Assembly: GCF_022045235.1 (NCBI RefSeq) | Contig: NW_027266308.1 | Location: 53,382,001-53,446,000, forward strand | Reading direction: 5' to 3' | DNA length: 64,000 nucleotides | Source: Haliotis cracherodii | Lineage: Eukaryota | Shown here: piece after piece, positions 11,741 to 26,100 of the stretch | How the letters are laid out: every line of letters begins with the position of its first letter | Numbering within the stretch: the stretch's first letter is position 1 | Program-made: the position numbers and the translations under genes | Notes under the pieces: model-generated | The model's database searches: none | Seen by the model: only the letters and a program-made list of their open reading frames with translations | What the model was told of the DNA's origin: nothing

Positions 11741-13420
11741 GCAAAGAGGTTGCGACTTGTGTACTTCACCTATATATTGCACACTTAGGGTGGTCAGACG
11801 CGGAGGCTTGATTAATTGCATCTCGTCGTATGCCAATTGATTTGGTCAATTTCTTGATTTATGGACGATATGACAATGAGTTCATATGAAACACCACTCA
11901 TTTTAAGCGTTGTTTCTCTGCGACGTCACCTTTCCCAGACGTTGCTGGTGGGGTGAGCACGTGACATGTGTCCTGAGTTGACAATTGAGAAGGGCCTGAT
12001 GAATGTGCTGTCGCACGTTCAAAAATTGTTTTTTCGTCCTTGCCACGTGGCTATATTTGGAAGGACACATGTAGCGACGGTTCTGGAACTAAATCTGCTG
12101 AAAAGAAACAAATATAAACATGTTCATATGAACGTTTCTTTGTAAAAACTCCATGACTCTTGAGAAACCAACAGACTGCATTAGTATCCTGCTGTCCGTT
12201 CCACAAAGCCATCTTAGCGCTACGATAAGTCTATGTTAAAGTATTGGAGTTACGATCGTCTTAGCGCTACGATCGCTTTGTGGAACGGGGCCCTGGGCAT
12301 ATCTTCATGCTGTTTATGTTGTAATTAAGAAGTATTCTAGTTTCAATGTCAGTCTTTTTTCTCAAGTTTACAACATTGACTAATTTTTGTTTGTATGGAT
12401 AGAGGTATTGATATAAAAATTAATATGGGTAAACAAAACTATCCCATTTCCTTGGAAGCCAACCAAAAACAGTAACAAACATAAATCTCGGAAACCCTGT
12501 TCTTCAACATCTGTTGCAACATATTGTTCAATAAAACTAAGGGATAACATAACCAGACAGAAGTCAATTTCACAAGCTGTGCAAAGAGGTTGCGACTTGT
12601 GTACTTTACCTATATATTGCACACTTAGGGTGGTCAGACGCGGAGGCTTGATTAATTGCATCTCGTCGTATTCCAATTGATTTGGTCAATTTCTTGATTT
12701 ATGGACGATATGACAATGAGTTCATATGAAACACCACTCATTTTAAGAGTTGTTTCTCTGTGACGTCACCTTTCCCAGACGTTGCTGGTGGGGTGAGCAC
12801 GTGACATGTGTCCTGAGTTGACAATTGAGAAGGGCCTGATGAATGTGCTGTCGCACGTTCAAAAATTGTTTTTTCGTCCTTGCCACGTGGCTATATTTGG
12901 AAGGACACATGTAGCGACGGTTCTGGAACTAAATCTGCTGAAAAGAAACAAATATAAACATGTTCATATGAACGTTTCTTTGTAAAAACTCCATGACTCT
13001 TGAGAAACCAACAGACTGCATTAGTATCCTGCTGTCCGTTCCACAAAGCCATCTTAGCGCTACGATAAGTCTATGTTAAAGTATTGGAGTTACGATCGTC
13101 TTAGCGCTACGATCGCTTTGTGGAACGGGGCCCTGGGCATATCTTCATGCTGTTTATGTTGTAATTAAGAAGTATTCTAGTTTCAATGTCAGTCTTTTTT
13201 CTCAAGTTTACAACATTGACTAATTTTTGTTTGTATGGATAGAGGTATTGATATAAAAATTAATATGGGTAAACAAAACTATCCCATTTCCTTGGAAGCC
13301 AACCAAAAACAGTAACAAACATAAATCTCGGAAACCCTGTTCTTCAACATCTGTTGCAACATATTGTTCAATAAAACTAAGGGATAACATAACCAGACAG
13401 AAGTCAATTTCACAAGCTGT
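11741..13420 (+). repeat. Recent 840-bp tandem duplication (2 copies), each containing a small palindromic MITE-like element
   Basis: gcaaagaggttgcgacttgt at 11741 and 12581, near-identical for 840 bp; inverted termini ccgttccacaaagc...gctttgtggaacgg at ~12197-12290 and ~13037-13130. Confidence 0.92.
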
Positions 13421-15404
13421 GTATATTTTATCAAATACAAGTTCATGAGACAACACAATATTTTGTGTTGACAGGTTCTCGCCAATATATGTGAAAGTAA
13501 ATTGCCTGTAATTATCTGTAGAACTGGTGTTTCTAGTTGCAAGGCATCCATGTTGCTGAGTCAGTACATCCATATCTCGTCGATTGCAACACTGTTGTAT
13601 TTACTTATAACGTTTACAGGTATAGGTATATCTCGCATTATATATTGTTATAACGCCCTAAATTACGTGTCAAAAATGAATCACCATGTATGCATGTTCA
13701 AGAAACATATGTACAGTTGATCATGTGTCAAGCGGGAGATGTTAAGTTTGTCAGAAAGTTAAACGATATTTGTCTGTTCGTATATGTGTTTGCTGGCCTG
13801 CAAGAGCCAAATGTTTATTTTTATTTGACAGAGATGTTTATTAAGGATTTCAGCACATTGATCTTGTGAAAAGAAAAGATATTGTGCGAAAACTTCCTGT
13901 GAATCATTATTGAAAAGTATAAAGTAGCTTGCAAATCTACAACTGCATGCTAATGGGTTTGACACCTGGTGGCATCGCCGATTTGCAGTAACCCATTCAG
14001 ATGTTCACCACTTGTATGCTTATTGCGCCTAATGGAATCTGCTTGGGAGATAATCGAGACGGGTTATTCCTTGGCGTTGACGTTTTATATTTTATCTTCT
14101 AGAGACTAAGCTTAGATATGTGCACATAACTACAAATAAAATAGGTCAAACCTAGACTAACATTTAGTCTCTGAAATCTTAGATTACACAATATCCTTCT
14201 TGACTCTAAAAATATAAAAAAAAATCCCTATGCTGATTTCGGAATTGAGCTAGCTTGAGCTGGCTAGATTTGCTTTTGTATGCATTTCTAGAAGAATTTT
14301 TTTTCATAAAATAAATATATTCCACGGTCATGGTGCAGGACTAAGGTCAAACCGTGTCAATGCAAATGTAAAACGTCAACGCCATAGAATAACCAGTCTC
14401 GATTATCCGCCGAAACAGTTCATAGGGCACAGACTCATTCTCTTATGATGAAGTACTATCATAGTTAGATTTTCCAGATGGTGTGACTAACGCATGGTCA
14501 TAAAACATCGACTACCCGTGGGAATACAATACGCTGTAATATATATTCTTTTGTCTTTTCTTCATATATAAGAATTTTACAATAAGTTCGGTAATAGGAT
14601 ATACCAGACATGGAATTAATGCTAGGGATTGTAAAAGTTTTCATGACAAGGCAAATACAACGGTTTCACAACAACGATAAGCATTTGCGCATGTGCGGAT
14701 GAGGCTGTCGTCAAAGTAACGTTTGAAGATTGTCCTTAGTAAATCTCTCTTCGTCACCGTTGGAATTCGAGATACATAACCTTGTTGTAATATGGGTAGA
14801 GTGTTAGATAGATTAACAGTGATTACCTGTTCGGAGGTCGACTCCAGTTTCTAAATATGTTGTTTAACGCCGCACTCAGCAATATTCCAGCAATATGACG
14901 GCGAACTGTAAATAGTCTATCAACGCCGTCGGGCTACGATGACATACAATCAACCAAGACGTCGAGACTTACCATCCGATCCATTTAATCGCCTCTTGTG
15001 ACCAGCATAGGTTGCCGTTATTTGTTCTAACCCGGAATACCCATGTGAATGTGTTTTACTGTGGAAATCCAAAAACAAGTGTAAAGGCTTTACCACGTGT
15101 AAAGGCCAACGAACCTACTCTCGTGCACAGACGGACTTCGGTTTTCCAACTTGTGTTTCTATGCACGACCAATTAGCTGCGACCTTGCGTTGTACAGGGG
15201 TACACGCCCCGAACGGCTATTTCTACTTCTACAAATACACAGAAGACGTAGACACTTCACACATTTTGTCTCTTCGCGTTAGTAGTAATAAGGCAAGTAA
15301 ACAGTTTATATCTCGACCAGGAGACCAAACAGTTATTTTAAGTTCAGCTACTTAAACTTAGGTGAGGTGAGGTGAAATTGGCTTTAACGTCGCGTCCAAG
15401 ATTA

Positions 15405-15570
15405 NNNNNNNNNNNNNNNNNNNNNNNNNNNNNNNNNNNNNNNNNNNNNNNNNNNNNNNNNNNNNNNNNNNNNNNNNNNNNNNNNNNNNNNNNNNNNNNN
15501 NNNNNNNNNNNNNNNNNNNNNNNNNNNNNNNNNNNNNNNNNNNNNNNNNNNNNNNNNNNNNNNNNNNNNN
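15405..15570. other. Assembly gap (166 N)
   Basis: Run of N. Confidence 1.
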
Positions 15571-15761
15571 ACTGATGCCGATTTACAGTGCTAGCTCACT
15601 GAGATGCCATGTCGCGACCAGTCCTTGTTTTAGCCCCTTAATGCCGAGCGCCAGACAGGGTACCATCTTTTAACGTCTTTTGGTATGACGAGGCCGGGGA
15701 TCGGACCCCGAACCTTCCGCTCTCCGGGCGGACACTCTACCACTAGACCACGGAGGCGGTC
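15571..15761 (-). mobile_element. tRNA-derived SINE, family D (interrupted by the gap; tail probably at 15360-15404)
   Basis: Reverse strand reads gaccgcctccgtggtctagtggtagagtg...ggggtccgatccccggcctcgtcataccaaaagacg, with A box TGGTCTAGTGG and a B-box-like GGTCCGATCCC. Confidence 0.7.
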
Positions 15762-17994
15762 CTTAAACTAAGGAGTAATTGGATTGTGAATGTGTCGTTT
15801 TAAACATTGATCCATTGTTATTGTGACACTATAATAACATGATTTCTCCTTCCATTTTAATGTTTCCAATCGTCAATCTGTTAAGTCAATGACCGGGCGT
15901 ATACGTGACGTGTATTCAGGGCCGCTCAACGTGTTTTTAGAATTTTATTAGCATACTGTAAACATGCTTCACATGAAATTCCTTTTAAAACATAACCTCA
16001 TATCATAAATATCCCACCTTCAAATTGTGTTCCAAGCATGATATCGGTTTCACAATGACCCTGTTGCTCTCTGTTTCCGTATTTCATGTTTATCAGAGTT
16101 GGGAAACATGTAGAAAGATATGAAAACTTTGAGAGTATCTGGTGTTAGAATGCTGACAAAATGAAACCTTTCATGAATATAATTGATAATTGACTATTAG
16201 AGTAAACATAGATTCCTGGGGTTTCTAGATAAGCCAATAAACCAGGCCCCGTGAATGTGAAAACAGCCCAGCCCGCAATAAAGCAGCAATAAAACTAGAT
16301 ACACCAAGATACAGGAGGAGCTACCGCCGAGCCAGACGTGGAGATGCAAGCCTAACATACTTCCCTGAAGAGCAAAGTAAGTGTGTATTTGGTTGTGTAG
16401 CCCCTCTGTGTCGTGTCGGGCCTCACACATCTTATAGTAAAGATGAGGAGTAAGAGGTTATTGTGATTTCTACATGATGGCAGACGATGACCAGGGAAGA
16501 ATTGGTGTTGGCTCTATGTCCATTCCAAAGATTAAACTAAATCTGTAGAGAGAGAGAGACAACCTTGTCTATTCTATTCTATTCCCTGTTGGGACGTATG
16601 GGGGCTGCCATCTATAGGCAATAGTGCAGGCTTCGTGTGTAAATTTATACCTCGGCTAAAATCTTATAATATGCAACACTGACATCAAATTCAAAATCAA
16701 CCCTTTATGCTGCATTCAATATGTTTGTTAGCTTAGAATCGTATTTAAACGAAATAACTATATTTAAGTGGAGGGCTGCAAGGCTCCAACATCTTCGAAA
16801 TGAGACAGGGAGATCTGAAAAAGAGAGCTAAAATCTGAATGATTGTGTTTGGCTTGTAACCAGGGTCAAGCAGGAGATGAATATCAGTTTGTAATAATGT
16901 GTAGTCGCTGTCATCATTTGAGATGTAACGTATGTGCAGTACATAAGCTTAATGTTTTGATGGCTTCAAGTGATGTATCCACTATTCAAAACGTAGCTAG
17001 CATGAGCCACTTCTTACTGGGACTACTTTCTATGGCAGCTCTAAATCAAGTATAAAGTAACACTTCTTCAGCTTGTCCTTGATAGACTAATGGGACTTGT
17101 TTCTGTTCCTGGGTCGTACTTGGTCTCAGGGCTCTGCGCCGTCATTGTGAGACTGTAAGCAAGATTACAATTTAGAAGAAAAAGAAGAAAATGTACTATA
17201 AAATATGAAGAAATGATATAACTGCTGCTAGACTCAGTTAAAGGATGGGCACGGTGTGAGGAACCATCAACCATATCCAGATGCCGAGGGGCGGATCCAC
17301 CTGGTCACACGGCAGCATCGCAGACTGTGACAAGGACGCCGTAGAAAAAAAACAATATTACAAAGGGGCGGCCGATATAAACCCTCTCCAATCTCGACAT
17401 GGCTATATCCCGGGAGACATTTCACTATGGAGTAAACATAATCACATCGACATGACGAGACGACCGTGGACCTACAGAACACACAATTAGCACTCATAAA
17501 TTTATAGCAATGAAGTTTGTCTTGACAATTAACGGACAACATTTTGATATTATTGTTGCCATGAGAGGTAAAAATGAAGATAAGTTAAATTTGACATTGA
17601 ACCAAAGCAATCCTGAAGAGAAAGTGATTTCAAGCATAAAATACAACTATTTCTAGGTTGTGGCAGGTTGACTAAGACAAATCATTGTGCATGCCTTTAA
17701 ATGCGAGGAAGGCGCTTGCAGGCCATGCATCATGACTTGATGACACACAATGCACTTGTTTGTGTGAGTAGTTGAAATGACCGAGGGTTCTACCGTGAAC
17801 TGAGGGTCACAGATACCATGACTAATGTGTGAGATGTGGGGTTCGTGGTGAGAATGTTATGGGAATCATTCACAGACGTGCTCTACACACCGATCATGCT
17901 GGTATTACAATCAGATACTAGTATCTGACAAGTTGTTTAAAGAAGACTTTTCCTTTTACAGTTTCTTTCTAACCCATCCTATGTTTATGGAATA

Positions 17995-18063
17995 TCGGGA
18001 ATCGAACCCGGGTCTTCGGCGTGACGAGCGAACGCTTTAACCACTAGGCTACCCGACCGCCCC
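17995..18063 (-). mobile_element. tRNA-derived SINE family A, 5' head only
   Basis: Reverse complement of ggggcggtcgggtagcctagtggttaaagcgttcgctcgtcacgccgaagacccgggttcgattcccga. Confidence 0.8.
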
Positions 18064-18382
18064 TTATGTTTCTGAAACAATCAAATGGGCAAATGATTAA
18101 AAACAGTGTCGCCAGGAGCTTCGTTAAATTTTCACTGCTAAGGCATATTCACTACTAAGGGCGTCTGTTTATTTATCTATGTACAGTTTCATGTTTTCTG
18201 TAGAACCTGCGCGAAGAAATCGATAGTAACCTTAATGCAAGATGAATGTCAGCTTACGTAGCCAATCTTAACTCGGTCTCGGTTACCTTATAAATATCAT
18301 TTCAACTTATCTCCTTAATTTATATTTTCGACATTCATAATAATTATTTTCGTTATATATGGGACCTATCACAGACATCAGT

Positions 18383-19310
18383 ATAGTGTTATACAGTCTC
18401 CTTGAAATCAGGGCGTCTATATATAGTGTTATACAGTCTCCTTTAAATCATGGCGTCGACCTGTACACAGTGTTTTTCAGTCTCCCTGTAATCGGGGCGT
18501 CTATATATAGTGTTATACAGTCTCCTTAAAATCAGGGCGTCTATATATAGTGTTATACAGTCTCCTTAAAATCAGGGCGTCGACCTGTACACAGTGTATT
18601 TCAGTCTCCCTGTAATCGGGGCGTCCATATATAGTGTTATACAGTCTCCTTAAAATCAGGGCGTCGACCTGTACACAGTGTTTTTCAGTCTCCCTGTAAT
18701 CGGGGCGTCTATATATTGTGTAGAACAGCCTATATATAGTGTTATACAGTCTCCCTGTAATCGGGGCGTCCATATATAGTGTTATACAGTCTCCTTGAAA
18801 TCAGGGCGTCGACCTGTACACGGTGTTTTTTCAGTCTCCCTGTAATCGGGGCGTCTATATATCATGTAATACAGCCTATATATAGTGTTATACAGTCTCC
18901 CTGTAATCGGGGCGTCCATATATAGTGTTATACAGTCTCCTTAAAATCAGGGCGTCGACCTGTACACAGTGGTTTTTTTCAGTCTCCTTGAAATTGGGAC
19001 GTCTATATAACATGTAATACAGCCTATATATAGTGTTATACAGTATCCCTGAAATCGGGGCGTCTATATATAGTGTTATACAGTCTCCTTGAAATCAGGG
19101 CGTCGACCTGTACACAGTGTTTTTCAGTTTCCCTGTAATCGGGGCGTCTATATATTGTGTAGTACAGCCTATATATATATAGTGTTATACAGTCTCCCTG
19201 TAATCGGGGCGTCCATATATAGTGTTGAAATCAGGGCGTCGACCTGTACGCGGTGTTTTTCAGCCTCTTTGAAATCAGGGCGTCTATATATAGTGTTATA
19301 CAGTCCCCCT
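18383..19310 (+). repeat. Compound minisatellite of ~38-42-bp variants (tatatagtgttatacagtctcc.t..aatc.gggcgtc alternating with gacctgtacacagtgtttttcagtctcc...)
   Basis: More than 20 related monomers visible directly in the sequence. Confidence 0.9.
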
Positions 19311-21039
19311 GCTAAAATATTGACCCACATGAAAGCTATGTATGTATGTAAAAGGAAGCATGATAAAAGCTTCTATGTGCTTACACTGAAGCCTAACTGA
19401 TTGTCACACGCTTGTAGATGTGTGTAGTGTATTTTCAAAGCTTCATGATTATCAAGTAGTACATGGCTACAAGGAATCAGCCGATGCCAGCTCAACCAAA
19501 AGCTTTTGTAAATGAGGTGTCACTCTGCCTACACGTACTCCTCACTCAACCTGATAACCAGATACATGTATATCGAGTATTATCAACAAATGTCGTTAGT
19601 ACATGTATTCGCCTCATTGGGTATATCAACTGTATCTCCATGGTGACATTATCAGGCGCTTCTTTCAGATACCACTGATTTACACACAGCTGTCAAAACA
19701 CGATACACCACCTAGGGCGTCACATACATCAGCATGTGGAACACACCAGCTGTGCCGAATACGCACAATAAAACAATACATTCATCTAAACAATGAACAA
19801 GATATGAACTGGTTAACAGATTCACCTATATTATGACCTTTGTGTTACAGGCATGGAGGGAAATTTGTGCTACAGCAATCATTTATGGGTACAGTAAACT
19901 ACGTTTATAACGAACACGCTTATAACGAACTGACCGATATAACAAACTTATTTTTTAGTCCCGGCCATTTGTTGCATATATGCTGTATATATCCTTATAA
20001 CGAACTACGGTTATTACGAACTAAAATTTGTGGTTCGTTATAACCGTAGTGTATTTAGATTATAGTAAAATACCTGTTGAATTCTATGTCATTACCACAG
20101 TTTAAAAAGTATTTTGGCCAATTAAAACGTCATGAGATTTTTTTTCAAATCCAAAATGTACAATCCAATTTGGTTTAAACATATTTTTTATATCAATGGA
20201 AATCTTGACAGGTATATGGATGATCTGACATTGTTCAATTTTGGTCAAATAGTCAATTCCCTTCCATCGATATAAAGGCAATTTGAAAGTTGACTACTGG
20301 AAAGTTGAAGTCATCACCTTTGTTATATATTCTTGTGGGAAGTTTTTGTTTTTTGTCCTGCTTAATCTGTTTGATTAGATCCAAACACGAAACAGATGAT
20401 GCGGTTTCACTGAATTATTATTTCACAATGAATATACATGTACTTAAATGTGTCTCATAAGCCTAAAGGGCTGGATGTACAAGCTTTTGTTTTGAACGCT
20501 TATGTCAACTGTTTTTACCATGACGGCTTGTTGTGACACATGTTGTGTCACATGTTGTATGTGTACACATTAGACATAATAAAATTGCATAAAATACATA
20601 CAACATCGATCAGGCCATAAAAGGCATATGAGACACAATGGACAATGAAAAACATTATTTATATAAAAGAATTTTAACCTATAGGATTGCAAAACCCGAT
20701 AAAAATGGATTACAAATTTAAGTAAGGAAATGTTGCCTACGTGCAAACATTTTTTAAATAAGTGCGGCAGGAGGTTTTATATATGTGTTACAATTCATTA
20801 AGAACCCTGTCTGGTCCACAGGAGTAAATGAAATAAATATATGATCAGGCTTTATAATTCTCAACTATAAATCATTAAGAAAGTCCTTCCTTGGGCGTAC
20901 TAAGGACTATCGTTAATCTTCGAGACAGGAATTTGGTGGTTCATATGCTGGACCCAGCATTATATCTCTCTTGGTACGGACTTGTATGGTGCTTTGAAGT
21001 GAGTGAGTAGGGCTTAACGCTGCTTTGAACACAAACTTT

Positions 21040-21285
21040 GAGTGAGTGAGTGAGTGAGTTGGGTTTAACGCCGCTTTTAACTGTATGACAGTTATATCAC
21101 GGCGTGTCAGCTTAATGTGGGAGGAAAGCCCGAAGTGTTGCAGGTTTACCACTTCGATGAAACCCACGAGCACGGGTAGGGTGCCGACAAACCTAGAAAC
21201 ATAATCGGGGCGAACCGGGATTTGAACCCACGATCATAGGTTTCTGGCGTGCCCAAGAGATGCAACTCTGCACAGTTGCTAGTAT
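21040..21285 (-). mobile_element. SINE family B (reverse copy, 5'-truncated)
   Basis: Reverse-complement match to ~4730-4968 with a (TGAG)n tail. Confidence 0.75.
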
Positions 21286-23126
21286 TCATGCGGGGCATTG
21301 TCAGATTTCTTATACCAAGTTCTTTGATCAAACATTAATGTAGCGATGATTACATAATGGTTATGTTGGGGTAGTGTGCCAACCTTTTCGTGAACACTCA
21401 GTGTCATCACTGCTTTTCCGTCATCCGTTCACATAATCTTTTTCCGTAAGCTTGCCTTTTACGCCTCATGGAATCTGTCTGGTCGGATAATTGAGACTGG
21501 TTATTCTTTCGCGTTGACGTTTTATATTTGTTTGAGGTCCTCTCGGTGGGAGAACAACTACAAACGTTTAATGCAGGGCGGTCACACTTTTGATGACAGC
21601 TGAATGTGACAGAACGGGTTTATTCCAATTCTGTTTCCTCTTTTTCAGTTTAGGTATTCTACCATTACCCTCATCACGCACTGACTTTACCCACTCTGAA
21701 AGTCCTTCGACAGGTTCATCTTGTCTATTGGCCGATTTTGGGTATTCACTTCGACAGCACTAATAATGATTTTATTCATTTTAAAGATGCGATCCCAAAT
21801 GGTAGCAGGCTTATTGTGGTTAATATTTGAATCACTGTTATAGCAATCAAGTAGCCTTGCTCCAAGGCTGTATTGAAAGATAAGTTCATGGATGTGTAAT
21901 GGGTAATTCTATGCTCCTAATAGACAAGTCTAGGTAAGTGGGAAGGACGCCAGTCTCACACGGACATGCACATACACACGCACATGCACAAGAAAACGCA
22001 CACATGCACACACACACGTACCTGCATGTCGCGATACAAGTGCAATATTTTTGCACCCCGTGTCACCTCACCTATTACTGACATAGTAACTGTACTCCTC
22101 GGAAATCTCAACGTCCAGATCATCTGAACCCCAAGTTATTCAGTCGGTCACAGGTGATCTGGCCAAACTTTCAGTTGTTATACATAGTTTTATTTCCTCC
22201 AATGATTGAAGATTTGCAACTCCTGAAACAAAAAAACCCCGAACAACCGAATATAAGAAAAAGTTAAATACAATTATCAATACATTATCGGACTCATGGC
22301 GAGAACCATTATTGCCTCTTGTTATGGGTACAGCAGGTCACCCAATCAAGACCAGTCAACAACCCATACAATGCGCACATAATTTCCACATCGATGATAT
22401 AATATGTGATGTGTGCATGTTTTGACTAACAACAGGGCAACTCTGGTGTCGGGGGATTACCAAGTTGTTGGCCCGAACCGTAGGCAAACCCAGTTACACG
22501 TTGAGTACCAGAGTGTACACAGCTGCCCGACACCGTGGGACTCTACCCTCAGATACAATGCCCTGAACAGACATCACTGTCACCAGTTACCCAGGTGGTC
22601 GACTTGTCAGACTCGAAGTCATGTGCTGACTTCCATATTGCTTGACTTGGAAATATATCTATGTCTATAAATATCTCAGTATCTCTGACGATTCATATTT
22701 ATGTGACGACCGTCGAGATTGCTATTTCATTTTTTTCAATGATGTAAATGGATATGCATTGCAAGCTTATCATAAACATAACTGTTTCTTCTTTCAGTGG
22801 CATTTAGAAGTTGGTGTGATGAAGTTAGACAAGTTCTATGGATGAACAACTTCTTGTAATAACACTAATTGTAATAAAGAAGATGTTCATCCATAGAACT
22901 TGTCTTACTTCATAACTGTTTCACACAATAACAAATAAGTTATCCTTGTGAAGACTACGGTGTTGTTTATGTTTGTTTGTTTGTTGTTTAACGCCGCACT
23001 CGGCAATATTCCAGCTATATGACGACGGTTATTGTTAATGCCTTACTTACTTACTTACTTTGGAGATTTAACGTGCGCTTTCCGACTGATGCGTATTTCG
23101 CACACGGGCCCGGCCAGGCCATTTAA

Positions 23127-26100
23127 CAGCTTACACTTTCAGTAGTAAAGCCTGCTTATAGCAGGGGAATCCCGCCTCGTTCTGGTTCTACAGCGCCTAT
23201 GGAGAATGTAATTTGATACTAGGCTGAAACACCACTGATCAACAAGAAAGTGGTGTCATCAGAAATATCTCATTTACTTAGAAGTTAAAATAAAAGAAGC
23301 CCTTACTTTTTTACATATGAATTCATCATAGGTTTACCTCCAATTATCAGTAATTATCCTGATGTAATGATATGGCCTGGCTCCAGTAAACGGTCCAAAA
23401 GTAATATGTTCACACTTCCGGTTGTACAGTTTTTCACTGTAGTTCAAGTTCAATACCAGGATCTTTCTATCTCAAGCTATATAAGGCATTATTCAACATT
23501 TTGTATTGGTTGTTGGTGTATTTGGAAGAGAGTCAATCACTGAAAAAGGTGGAGCTTTAGTATAGTGTAGCAATCTGGTTGGTTAAAGAGCATCCCCCTT
23601 TCTGGATCATTTCATTCAGAAATAGCTGGTTCTGGAATTCTGTTAGTGTCAACAGTTTACACTTTATCGCTGGTATCTATGATCATGGTGAAAGACCTGT
23701 CACCCTAGGTCAAATATATCGTCTTTGTTTTGTGTAAATATAATGATATCATCTATTCAAATGGACAGTTCTTCATTAGGGGTAAACGATGTGACTGGAG
23801 GGTCACATACTTCTTGTTCAGGATCTTTCTATCTCACAAGTGCTAAAAACAAACTGTCATTGCTACAGTCTTGTGGGATAATTAAGTAAACAGTTTATTA
23901 AATTGTATTGACACTTGTATCCTGTGCAAATGAAGAAAAACATTCAGAAGCCACTAGTTGATTCTGCCCCCATAATGAAGTGTTTAGGTCACGTGACCAA
24001 ACCGAGACGCCGGATTGGTTGGAAATGGAAAACTGTCGTCTGCTCCAAATTGCCGTACATTTTTTACTTACATTGCAAGGTAATACCAGGGAGATACTTC
24101 TTTTTATTGTTTCTTTATTGGATTAAGAAAGTGATAGATTTTTAAACATACAGATATGAAATTATCATCTGTATATACAGTTTGCATTGTACTTCTTGTC
24201 TTCCAAACGTGGCATAATATCTATACATGTGCAGATTTAAGTCATCACAGACTAACACCATTAGAAAAAGCTGGTGAAATATACGAAGACTTTGGGACGT
24301 TATCGCCTTTGTGTTGGCAAAATGTGAATTTTATCGTGTACAATTGTGGAATTTCAAATTTTGGATGTTTAGTTTTATTTCTGTGTTGTTTTAAACTTTT
24401 AGCAGTCAAGACCATAAGATATTGTCTGCCTGTGTTTATACTGTGCCGTGTTTGGAACATAATCAGTACTATTTGTTTCACATGTACATTCCCATTCATA
24501 CTGTGTATTTGGATATTTTCACTGATCTGTGCCACAATTTCTACACCCGGAGGAGTGGAAACATATAAAAATAACACTCCACAAACATCAGAAGAGGGTA
24601 CCTGTTGTGGAAAACGGAAGGCACAAGTATCAAACCAACAAATGCCATCTCATGAGGATAATCATATGCCACAAGGTCCTGATCAGCCTAAAAGGCATAA
24701 AAAATGTGACAAACCTGGTGCCGAGCCATCCCCCATGTGCAGTATCTGGGTACAACTTGGAAAAAAACCAAAACATTCCCATCACCATATAGTAAAAAAG
24801 GCAAGATACCCTTTAGTCAGAGCAGAAGTGTTCAGTGCTTATCTTTCATATGGTGGTTACAGAATACACCTGGATGAAGATAGTTGCATGTGTAATGCCT
24901 GTTACATGGACTGTATGAAAAATGCTGGAACACATCAAGATGGACAGAAGCCAAGATGGTCAAAATTATTAACAAAAGATTCAGAACAGGAAAGACATTG
25001 CCCAGTCTGTCATAATGATTCCAGCCAATCAACATGTCAATGTAAGGACACATCACAATTTCTAAACTTTGATGTGTGGTCACTGGATATATCATTAAAT
25101 ATTTGGCAAAAGTACTATGAAATTTCTCGACCAGAATTCTTGGCAACGTTGAGAACTTCTAGTGTTTTATGTAAACGACATTACATGGAATTATATCATA
25201 AAAATCAGAAACGCAAATGCTGTATTTGCTATTGTAAAGATAGTAAAGACTGGGCATTTGTTGACAATGTTAAGGATCGAATTGAAGACATACATGGCAT
25301 GACATGTTCTGAAGATGACTGGATTTGTTGTCAATGTAGTTCCGATTTATTGAAAGAGGAGAGCACAAAAGTTCAATTTGAAAAAGATTTAAGGTCACGT
25401 ATTCCATTCATAAGAAAACTTGCCGAACATACCAAAAATTGCATAGCAGAAGTGAAGAAGAATGGATATAAAATGAGAAGTTCATTTGTTAATGCCTTTC
25501 GACAAACTTTGCCAGATTCATCTGACCAACAAACTCTTGTGAAAAGATTTGAAAATTATCTTGCAAACCAGATACGAAAATGTGTGGATATAAGCTCTTA
25601 TAATGATTCTAGGACTTGTGGGACCATGTTGTATGACAAGACTGTTTTTAATGATTCATCCATTAAGTGCATATATGAAATTGTACAAGAGAATGTGAAA
25701 CTTCGAATGAAACAAGAAGCACCAAGAGAAGGATCTACCACAATCAGTGATATAAAGAGTATGATTGACATTCAAACGGAGCTTATGTGTAATAAACATC
25801 TAACAGTTGACTTTCGAAGTGTTTTAGATCATCATGAAGAAAACGAACCACCATATTTCCTTGACAACTATTTACATTCGCCATTGGTACACTTTTTAGA
25901 AGAGGTCTTAATACGCGATAAAACATCAGAGAAAAACCTACACAAACAGAGATTAAAGATTCAAACTATCATTGGCATTATGTGCAATATTCGAAACCCT
26001 AAAGTACTTTTAGTCCAAATATTGGTTGGACTTTCAGCATATGCTTGTGGATTACGTGACAAGGGATTTGATATTTTGAATGCAATGGGATTATCATGTG

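Larger units (their letters stand above)
9620..17000 (+). repeat. Old local segmental duplication: ~9.6-11.75 kb versus ~11.95-17.0 kb, each copy with different later insertions
   Basis: Collinear matches 9620-9800/12813-12975, 9815-9935/13413-13535, 10160-10240/13545-13622, 10240-10400/13945-14130 and 10590-11740/15820-17000 (shared spurious ORF MLGLHLHVWLGG...). Confidence 0.75.

Noticed and set aside
18383-19310. CRISPR-like array or coding repeat
   Set aside because: Eukaryotic context, no unique spacers and no cas genes; monomers are variants of one another and the ORFs are by-products.
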